Assembly (NCBI GenBank): GCA_951406725.2
Contig: OX597821.1
Span: forward strand, 25,110,001 to 25,174,000
Origin: Octopus vulgaris
Taxonomy: Eukaryota
Reading direction: 5' to 3'
DNA length: 64,000 nt
Under the pieces are notes generated by a model. The model worked only from the letters and a program-made list of their open reading frames with translations, made no database searches and was not told the origin of the DNA. Within the stretch, counting starts at the first letter, position 1; each line of letters starts with the position of its first letter. A program made the position numbers and the translations under genes. Shown here piece by piece: positions 53,739 to 64,000 of this stretch.

Positions 53739-54470
53739 ATAATGATTGTTTCTTGCATAGGCAGAATGCCCAGAATTTGGATGAGGGTTTAGTCAATGTC
53801 ATCGATTCTAGTATTTGACTAGTACTTTATTCTATCGATCCCGGAAGGTTAAAAGGCGGCATTCACCCCGGTGGGTATTTAAACTCAAAACGTGAAGAGC
53901 CACAATCCCAAGGTATTTTATCTGATGCTCTAAAGAGTTGTGGATTCTGCATATCCACCACCCTTTATAGGCATAGCAATAATCCTTTCTACTATAGATA
54001 CAACACCTGAAATTTTGCAGAAGCTGGAAAGTCGATTACATCGATCCCACTCTTCTGCTAGTATTTATTTTATTGACGAACTCAGAACGCAAAGCCGGAA
54101 AAAATACCGCTAAGCATTTTGTCCGGTATGCCTCTGCCAGATCGCGTGTTTATAGATACGCAGTAACAATCCTTTCTACTATAGGCACGAGGTCTGAATT
54201 TTGGTGGGGAAAGGACTAGCCGATTACAACGATCCAAGGACTCAGTTGGTTTTTATTTGCGTTGCTCCGGCATAAGCAGATAACTAGACTACGTTTCGAT
54301 GGCGAAAGAGGTTGTCTGGTGGACCAGGCTGAAAGGAATGAGAACAGAGACACTTCTCTTCACTTGAAAAGGAAAGTAAGACTCTAGAGGGAGGTGCTGT
54401 CCCATAGTGAATTTACCAAAAGGTGGGTGAAAGTTGCGAAAATGGCAAGAGTAGACCTATGAGTCAGAAA

Positions 54471-54768
54471 AGGGTAAAATATACGCAGCCCAGTATACCC
54501 ATCATTTCTACCCGTCTGATGAGGGTACCCCAGGCACATGCATCACAACCATACGTGTGCGATGACCTTGCAAGTGGGGCTCAGTTAAAATTTTCTTCGG
54601 GTCGAGTAGCTCATCCCGTTCAAAAGGTCCCTGAATAAGGCAAGGACCCGGGAACAGGGAGTGCATGGGGGTACTTGCACTCCTTAGAATTTTTAGGGGT
54701 TGCAAAATCAAAATTTGCATCTCCTACAATATCTTTGTCAGGTTCAGGAAATATGTCTTAAAAACTGT
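54471..54768 (+). repeat. Diverged duplicate of the repeat/hAT junction at 56919-57215
   Basis: Same about 32-bp internal deletion and same AATAAGG|CAA.G.CCCGG.AACA junction. Confidence 0.85.
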
Positions 54769-55073
54769 GACTCAGAAAGGAGTTGGAAAGGGCACTTGCC
54801 CCAGTATTCAAGGTGATCTTGGATGGTGGGGTTCCTCGATTATCCCTAGAGATCCCCTTGTAATCATGAAGACCACGTTATTATAACTTTTTTCTTCTTT
54901 CTTCTTCTTAGTGCCATATACTATGAGTACTTCCCTTCTTTTAATAAATACCGCGTATACTTTTCCTTTAACATTTTATCATTCCATTATATGTAAACCC
55001 CCATACTTTTTTGCCTGTCATTATATTGTCTGCCCCCTTATCATTCGCCCTGGTGGCAAATAAAAGAGAATAT

Positions 55074-55139
<66 letters not shown>

Positions 55140-55175
55140 AACTACTACTACTACCACTACTACTACTATTAGTAT

Positions 55176-56036
55176 TGTCTTTGCACAGCTTTTAACGCTG
55201 GAGCACTACCAGTGAACTGAGGTAACATTCCTTATTTTTCAAATACCATCCGGAGTATTCGAGCAGTTCCAAGCAGTCCTGTTTTCTGCAAATGCTCCAC
55301 CCTTATTGCAGCTCCTGTTTGTTCCATGTACTTCTCAAGATTTTTACTCGCTGTTCCCAGGGCTCCGACAATTATTGGTACTACTACCACCTTTTTCAGC
55401 GACCACAACTGCTTAACCTCCCAAGCTAACCTGTGATATTTATTGACTTTTCTTTCTTCCTTATAGCATACCTTGTTACCAGCTGGGCATGCTATAGCTA
55501 TGATCCAGCATTGTTTGCTTTCTTTCTCAATTAACACTATGTCTGGTTTCCTATTCTCTGTCTCATGGTCGCACTGAATCATAAAATCCCATAGGATATT
55601 TGCATTATCATTTTCGATGATGCCTTTGGGTTTATGTTCGTACCACATTTTTGCTCTGTCAAGTCCATACTAGTTGCAAAGTGTCCACTGGACAATCCTT
55701 GCTATATTGTCATGACGTCTCATATTCTTTCTTGGCTAGTGGCGTACATTGACTGATAATATGCCATACGGTTTCACCATTTTATCCACAAATTCTGCAC
55801 TTATCACTTTCTATTTTGTATTTGATGTAACTGATTCTTAATGCTTGCTCTTGGGCAGCACAGAGTAGAGCCTCCATTTCCGGTTTTAAATCACTATTAA
55901 CATCCATAGCCATCTGTTTTCTCTGTCTGTCTTATCTTCAAAATCCCTATGAAATTGTCTATAACATTTTCTTTATCTACCTATTTCAGTTTCATTCACT
56001 GTCAAGTGCTTGTAAAGTGCTTTATCTTTGCAATCT
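55176..56036 (-). mobile_element. R4/Dong-clade non-LTR retrotransposon 3' fragment
   Basis: CCHC finger (CRIC...ETVWHIISQC), RKPDIVLI, IVGALG, LQKTGLLGTARILR (ORF 55232..55648); flanked by (TAG)n and (TAA)n. Confidence 0.9.
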
Positions 56037-56038
56037 TC

Positions 56039-56101
<63 letters not shown>

Positions 56102-56129
56102 CCTCCTCCTCATCATCATCATCATTCAG

Positions 56130-56539
56130 TAGTTTTATTTTTATAACGTGCTTTCACTTCACTACCGAGCGCAGCTCTGTGTGCCTTGGGTATGTGCTGT
56201 GAGTTGTTGTGATGCTCTGACGGTTACTGTATTGAAAGTGTTCTGCGTAGGATGTGTGCAGTGCCTAGTAGTGCAATTTTCTGTATGTTATATGTGTTTG
56301 TAAGTCCTGGTGTTTTTGTTATGTATTTGTCTGAATATTTTTTTATCATGTCTAATGCACCTACTATGATAGGGTTTCTGTTTTCAGATTCCACTTTCTA
56401 ATTACCTCTATTTCCAGGTCTTTGTATTTTGAAAGTTTCTCCATTTCTTTTAGAGACACGTTGTCATCTGCTGGTATTGATACATCAATTAGAAAGCATT
56501 TTTTTTCTTCATGATCTATGACAACTATATCTGGTCTTA
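56130..56539 (-). mobile_element. Second R4/Dong 3' fragment (different subfamily)
   Basis: RPDIVVID..CFLIDVSIP...EKLSKYKDLEIE, IIVGAL, IQKIALLGTAHILRRTL. Confidence 0.9.
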
Positions 56540-56780
56540 TTATTACTATCATCATCGTCATCATTATTAAGGCGACGAGCTGCCAGAATCGTTAGCACAC
56601 CGAGCGAAATGCTTAGTGGCATCTCGTCTGTCTTCACATTCTGGGTTCAAATTTCGCCGTGGTCGACTTTGCCTTTCATCCTTTCGGGGTCGATAAATTA
56701 AGTATCAGTGAAACACCAGAGTCAATATAATCGACTGGTCCTCTAAAATTTCAGACCTTGTGCTTTTAGTAGAAAGGATT

Positions 56781-56882
<102 letters not shown>

Positions 56883-58385
56883 GAGTGTGAAAGCAGTGCA
56901 TGCCATCAAAGTGACACTGGGGTAAAGTATACGCAGCCCAGTATACCCATCATGACTACCCGTCTGATAAGAGTACCCCAGGCACACGCATCACAACCAT
57001 ACGTGCGCGATGGCCTTACAAGTGGGGCTCAGTTAGAATTTTCTTCAGGTCGAGTAGCTCATACCGCTCAAAAGGTCCCTGAATAAGGCAAAGGCCCGGA
57101 AACAAGGGATGTATGGGGTGTACTTGCACCCCTTAGAATTTTTAGGGGTTGCAAAATCAAAATTTGCACCCCCTATATCCTTTGCCAGGTTCAGAAAATA
57201 TGTCTTAAAAACTGTTCTGTAAAAATTGCTTGAAGTCAGATTTCTTCTCAAAACAAAAACAAAGGAGAAAAAAAATGTAGCTGATCGTAAATTTCCGAAG
57301 GGAATTTCTGACCTGCTTTCTAAGCCAGCGTCGTGGCAACAACAGCAGCAGCAACAACAAGAATAGCAACTCTGTCACTTCTTTGTAATTGGTGTCGCTA
57401 AAGATTGATCACATGGTTGAATGGATTTGACTGTTTCACTTCAGTCTAAAAATAAAAGCATTTTCAAAATTCTTTGTCAGTCAGATGGGGTCTTCCATTC
57501 AAGAACAAGGTTATTTATTTTGTGAACGAAACAAAATTATTTCTTTTCTCTTTGATATTTAATGCTCATTGTTACATTCCTGGGCTTTTCTTTGGATTAT
57601 CATCTGTCCCATGTAAGTTGGAACTTCTCCCTTTTGACCAGGATCTTTCGTTACTGCGTTAATTTATTAAGATTATTTTCCATTTTATTCGCTCTTCTAA
57701 GGATGAATAAGACAAAATTATTGATATTAGTTGACCAATTAAAAACGCGATACTCATCCTTAGAAGAGCTTAAATTCATAGAACTTTTCAATTTTAGCAA
57801 GTGATGAATGTCACAAACAATTCCCAGTCGATGCTTTAAATTCTTTAAAAACCACTTATGGTAGGTTTTTTTTTTTTTTTTACATAATAAGATTTCAGAG
57901 TGAACTAAATGTTTTGTATTCTATGCAAAACTTTAAAAAGCAAAGTGTGAGTAATTTAATGCATTTACATCAATGATCTGATTGAAGCTATGCCAGAACT
58001 TATAAATCTTTGCAATCTTATTTTGACCATTTCATCTACAACTGCCTCTGTAGAGTGGGTCTTTTCTACCTTGAAAAGAATTAGAACTTACCAAAGAAAC
58101 AACAATAAGAGAGAAAAGACTTTCGGGGTTGGTTCTTATGCCAAGTGGAAAATATTTACGTCAACGATTGATTAAAACTGAAGATTTATTTCTATGACAA
58201 TGTAATAAATATATTTTCCCTGAAAAATAGAAGAACTGAATTAATTTATAAATGAGGTATGTAAATAATAATTTTAATACATCTTTTTTAAAAATTGTAA
58301 ACGCATTAAAACAGAGACCCTCAGAGACTAATTTGGTTCTCTTAATTAAACAATTTAAAAAATTAATCAGTTCAACCAATAAGTA

Positions 58386-59616
58386 CGAGGGTGGGTTGAA
58401 AAGTCCATAGACTATCTATGAAAGAGTGATGCTTAGAAATCTTCCATGCATTCATTTCAATTCTACATATTAACCACATTGTTTCGTTTCAGGTAAACTG
58501 ACATCTGACTATTCAAAGAAAACTTCAAATGTAACTAGTAGTAACTTCTCTCGAAAATAGATAAAATTAAGCATCGTGATGTTATCACGTACCTTCAGAA
58601 AAAGGCTTTAGTGCCCCAAGGACGTTCATGCTGGCATGGTTGCTACACCACAGGATAACGCTCCAGCTTTATCAACAGTGCAAAAGCGGACAGCTGAATT
58701 TAGGAGGGGAAGATAGTCTTGAAGATGATCCAAGGTCTGGATGTCCCACAACTGCCACCACCGAGAAAAACATCGATCGTGGTCACCACATGTTGGTGGA
58801 TAACAGGCGATTGACTATAACTCAAATAGCCAATGTTATTAGCATATCCTGGGAGAGAGTTGAGGATATTCTGCACAATGAACTTGGCGTAACGAAGGTT
58901 CATGCACGATGGGTGCCACGTCTTCTGACACCTGATCAAAAGCGCACCAGGTTGATCACATTACGGGAGTATCTGACATTGTTTGAGGCAGATACGGCTA
59001 GTTTCCTTGAACGTTTCCTATGTCTGTTGGCTACATCACTTTGAACAGAAACAGAGGCAAACATGCAGTGGAAACACTCCTCTTCATCCGCTCCAAAGAA
59101 AGCAGATCCTTTCATCTGCAGAGATGGCGATACCCTCAGTTTTTTGGGATGAAAAAGGCATTGTATTTATTGACTATCTTCAAAATGATCACACCATCAA
59201 TGCCAACTTGCCAAGGCAGTTACGACAGGCTATAAAGACCAAACGCACTGAAAAACTAATGAAGAGGGTCTTGTTTCATTAGAACAATGTTTCAATACAC
59301 AAGTCCTTGGTTTCAATGGTTGCTGTGCATAACTGGTTGATCACCCTCCTTATTTTAGTGATTTTGTACCATCTGACTATCGTTTGTTTCCCAACACGAA
59401 AAACGCTTGATTAGGCTCCAGTATCGCGGTGATGATGACGTCTTATCTGATGTTGACGTTTTTGACCAACAGAATTGCTTCTTCACCAATGAGATCCAAG
59501 CACTGCAACACTAATGGAAGTGTATTTAAAATGGACTTTGTTAAAAAATGAACTTCATTTGGTCACATTCCATGGGAGTGTTTTGCCCAACATATGAACT
59601 TTTCAGTCGACCCTCA
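58386..59616 (+). mobile_element. Near full-length mariner (irritans/Hsmar2-like), decayed
   Basis: TA|CGAGGGTGGGTTGAAAAGT...ACTTTTCAGTCGACCCTCA|TA; SLEDDPRSGCP, ARWVPRLLTPDQK, SVFWDEKGIVFIDYL, HPPYFSDFVPSDYRLFP. Confidence 0.93.
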
Positions 59617-59625
59617 TAATAATTA

Positions 59626-59842
59626 AGGTGGCGAGCTGGCAGAATCGTTAGCACACCGGGCAAAATGTTTAGCGACATTTCATCCATCTTTACGTTCTGA
59701 GCTCAAATTCCGCCGAGGCTGACTTTGCCCTTCATCCTTTAGGGGTCAATAAATTAAGTACCACTCAAGTACTGGAGTCGATGGGATCGACTATTTCCCC
59801 ACCCCCACCCACAAATTTTAGACCTTGTGCCTGTAGTAGAAA
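59626..59842 (+). mobile_element. Family A SINE
   Basis: GGTGGCGAGCTGGCAGAATCGTTAGC head and the conserved central domain. Confidence 0.88.
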
Positions 59843-60287
59843 AGAGGAGAAAGGATTATACCTGCATTTGTTTTAATATTAACAAAGAAACAATACACTC
59901 TTTTCGTAAAAAAATTTGGACCTGAGTGTGCACCTCCTAAGCAAATTTTGTTCCCGGGCCACTGAATAAGGGTTGTTTTAGGATGTTGAAGGAAACACCC
60001 ATGTTTCCAAAGGGGAATTATCCAAACCCCAAAGAATCCCTCTCAACACATGGCTATGATGCTCCCCTACTACTTCTGCTCGTGATCAGAGATGCACATA
60101 TCGTCAATCACTAAGAGATATGCTCAACTGGTTAAGGTCAAACAACCGACAAGTAAGTCTATGGTATTGAGCAGAATATTTGCTGTAGCCCATCTTTTAT
60201 ACCAAGACAAAACAATGTACATGATAACACTTCCAATTAGTTAAGATCAGAGGCTATGAGAGCCACTGCCTGGTACTGCATCAGGGA

Positions 60288-60356
<69 letters not shown>

Positions 60357-60896
60357 GAGTGAGAGGGCAGCGCATGCCATCAAAGTGACACTGGAGTAAC
60401 ATACACGAAGCCCAATATACCCATCATTACTACCCGTCTTATATGGGTACACCAGGCACATGCATCACAACCATACGTGTGCGCGACATGGTGATCTCAT
60501 ATCAAGATATACAGCACATGACCTTGCAGGTGGGGCCCAGTTAGAATTTTCTTCAGGTCGAGTAGCCCTTCCCGCTCAAACGGTCCTTGAATAAGGCTTG
60601 TTTAAAGATGTTGAGCGAAACACCCATGTTTCCAGAGATGGATTATTCAAAACTCAAAAAAATTCTTCTCAGTACATGGCTATGATGCTACCCCCACTAC
60701 TTCTGCTCGTGATCAGTGATGCACATATCGTCAGCCACTAAGTGACATGCTCAACTGGTTATGGTCATACAACTGACAAACAAATCTGTGGTACTGAGCA
60801 GAATATTTGCTATAGCCCATCATTTATACTAAGACAGAACATGTATATGATAACACTTCCAATCAGTTAAGATCAGAAACCATGTGAGCCAGTGCC
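60357..60896 (-). mobile_element. About 555-bp (TAA)n-associated non-coding repeat
   Basis: Colinear with 61496-62051; (TTA)n on both sides. Confidence 0.9.
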
Positions 60897-61495
<599 letters not shown>

Positions 61496-62049
61496 GAGTG
61501 AGAGAGCAGTGCATGCCATCAAAGTGACACTGGAGTAACATACACGAAGCCCAATATACCCATCATGACTACCCGTCTGATAAAGGTACACCAGGCACAT
61601 GCATCACAACCATATGTGCGCGACATGGTGATCTCATATCAAGATAAACAGCACATGACCTTGCAGGTGGGGTCCAGTTAGAATTTTCTTCAGGTTGAGT
61701 AGCCCATCCCGCTCAAAAGGTCCCTGAATAAGTGTTGTTTAAAGATGTTGAAAGAACCACCTATGTTTCCAGAGGTGAATTATTCAAACCCCAAAGAATC
61801 CCTCTCAACACATGGCTATGATGCTCCCCCACTACTTCTGCTCGTGATCAGAGATGCACATATCGTCAGCCACTAAGGGACATGCTCAACTGGTTAAGGT
61901 CAAACAACTGACAAGCAAATCTGTGGTATTGAGCAGAATATTTGCTGTAGCCCATCTTTTATACCAAGACAAAACAATGTACATGATAACACTTCCAATC
62001 AGTTAAGATCAGAAGCCATGAGAGCCACTGCCTGGTACTGCATCAGGGC

Positions 62050-62051
<2 letters not shown>
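61496..62051 (-). mobile_element. About 555-bp (TAA)n-associated non-coding repeat, complete copy
   Basis: GAGTGAGAGAGCAGTGCATGCC...GGTACTGCATCAGGGCA between (TTA)n tracts; the strand is inferred only from tract orientation. Confidence 0.9.
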
Positions 62052-62112
<61 letters not shown>

Positions 62113-62129
62113 TTGCTATATTAGTTAGC

Positions 62130-62792
62130 AAGAATGTTATTCTGAGATTTGATGACAAGAAGCTCGCTTTGGATTCTTGTAGGCTACAGGATAGCACTTT
62201 TCTACAGATCGATAATATGAGTCCAGTTCCAATATACTTCAGTATCTTGACGTAACAGATTGGGATGTTGTGCCAAGCGCACTTATTATCACAGGAACAA
62301 TTGTCACCTTGGTCTTTCACACTCTCTTCATCGTTCTGGCTAGGTTTTGATTTTTCTCAGTTTTCACATTTTCTCTGATAGTCACTCGATTGCCAAATGA
62401 TATTGCAATGTGTATGATCTTACACTGTTCGTTTCGTTTGTCTTCTTTGGTTATATCTGGTATTCTCGCTTCAGTAGTACTATCAATCATTATAGAGAAG
62501 TCCCATGAAATCCTGTAATCATTACTCACCATAACAGCCTCTGGTTTGTATTCGCACCACTTTTTTGTCACTTTCAATCTACGTACTCTCTTTTACTCTC
62601 TTTTACTTGTTTCAGTCATTTGACTGCGGCCATGCTGGAGCACCGCATTTAGTCGAGCAATTCGACCCCGGGACTTATTCTTTGTAAGCCCAGTACTTAT
62701 TCTATCGGTCTCTTTTGCCGAACCGCTAAGTGACGGGGACGTAAACACACCAGCATAGGTTGTCAAGCGATGTTGGGGGGACAAACACAGAC

Positions 62793-62884
<92 letters not shown>

Positions 62885-63830
62885 GACAGGCTTCTTTCAG
62901 TTTCCGTCTACCAAATCCACTCACAAGGCTTTGGTCGGCCCGAGGCTATAGCAGAAGACACTTGCCCAAGATGCCACGCAGTGGGACTGAACCCGGAACC
63001 ATGTGGTTGATTAGCAACTACTTACCACACAGCCACAACATCCGAATTTTTTTTACCAAAACAGTCATGCTTGCACTTATATTCTTTCTACTTAGCTTTC
63101 TGCATTCGCTTAAGAAATGGTTAATGTTTCGTCTCCTTTTCCACAGATTATACGATTGCTCTCTGAGTGTTGTCAATCTGTCTTTATCACATTCGTTCCA
63201 ATGGCTGAAAATTAGCGATGCACTTTCTTTATTCTGATACCCATCAATTAGCCACAATGAGCGTTCTTTACTTCTAGCATCCTCGGATTGTTGCATGGAC
63301 TGGCCACGTAATTCTTTCTTTTTCTTACTATATGTGCTGTCGTTCTTCGTTCTGTTCTTGAATTCTCCTACTGCGATTTTATGGATATTTCTAGCCCTCC
63401 GTTTAACAAGCAACTGCCTCCTTCCTTTCTTCGTAGGTGGAGCCAATCGTTTCTTTCTTTTAAAGTGGTGCGCATTTTGCATTGTGAGAAGCTTCTTAGT
63501 TCTTCTAATTCTTGATACTTTGTCTTTGTCCATTTTAGAAAAGAAGCAGAATATACTAGCATGACTCAATGTTTTCATTGCTTAGATAATATTCTCTCCA
63601 TTTAGTTTCAAATAGCTTCCAAATCCATCTCTTGTAGTCTTTGAGATTTTTCTTTCCATCACCCTATTGTCGAGCACTTCTACATGTTTGGATCCATCAT
63701 TATTTCTCAGCAATCTAATGATATCATCTTGTAGTTATTTTATACCATCAGATTTAATCTTTCGGCTTCTCTCCATAATTAAAACTGCACATTGATTTAC
63801 TCCAAACTGTAAACCAATATCTTTTCAGTT
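62130..63830 (-). mobile_element. Old R4/Dong fragment (RT end to endonuclease) interrupted by a SINE
   Basis: KDIGLQFGVNQCAVLIM, RRTKKLLTMQNAHH, RRKEGG, SWDFSIMID..ARIPDI, VPVIISALG. Confidence 0.8.
62584..63036 (-). mobile_element. Young family B SINE
   Basis: Near-identical to 13768-14154; internal (TA)n. Confidence 0.9.
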
Positions 63831-64000
63831 ATTACATTTATCTTCCAAGATTTCTGTTGGATCTTTGTCCTTTGTTTTCCCGTCACTTTTAACCCCAAGA
63901 ATTTCTAGATGTTGTTATGTTTACCACATTTAATTTCGTTAACATCTTGTCCAGCTTCTTTACTTACTGATTTACGTGGTTCTCCTTCAGTTAGTGTTTG

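Larger units (their letters stand above)
57089..59964 (+). mobile_element. Internally deleted hAT (Tip100/ZMYM1-like) transposon with nested mariner and SINE
   Basis: TIR CAAAGGCCCGGAAACAA / TTGTTCCCGGGCCACTG; flanking AATAAGG duplication; hAT dimerisation motif LILTISSTTASVEWVFSTLKRIRTY (ORF 57990..58175). Confidence 0.85.
56883..60287 (-). mobile_element. About 555-bp (TAA)n-associated repeat split by a hAT insertion
   Basis: 56883-57088 plus 59965-60287 together reconstitute the 61496-62051 unit, apart from a small deletion. Confidence 0.88.

Noticed and set aside
61980-62051. Hammerhead or HDV-like ribozyme at the end of the 555-bp element (CCTGATGC...)
   Set aside because: CUGAUG is not followed by A or by a GAAA partner, and I could not assemble an HDV double pseudoknot by eye
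63018-63578. 186-aa basic ORF as a host gene
   Set aside because: Frameshifted R4/Dong post-RT region running into a SINE head

Overview
AT-rich eukaryotic genomic DNA, dense in microsatellites and transposons. The SINE families and (TA)n/(TAA)n/(GAT)n tracts resemble octopus (coleoid cephalopod) repeats as I recall them; this is an inference, not a search result. I can support no intact host protein-coding exon. Every recognisable protein fragment is transposon-derived: several mariners, one full-length IR-DR Tc1, a hAT relic, RTE, CR1 and R4/Dong LINE pieces, and a Penelope-like element (PLE). There are also a non-autonomous Helitron, piggyBac-like and Merlin-like MITEs and many tRNA-derived SINEs. 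The most unusual signal is a set of minimal hammerhead-ribozyme (HHR)/Penelope pLTR remnants. Four of them sit in or next to fold-back (inverted) repeats (17.8, 23.6, 37.8-39.5 and 53.3 kb), three of which copy neighbouring non-PLE DNA. The 17.8 kb case is a compact unit with HHR-bearing inverted arms around a tRNA-like head. Two CpG-retaining, promoter-like zones (about 19-21 kb with a CRE, a D-box cluster and a GTTACGTG-bearing compound microsatellite; about 48.3-48.5 kb) border CpG-depleted blocks that look like methylated introns. Coordinates of degenerate repeats are approximate.
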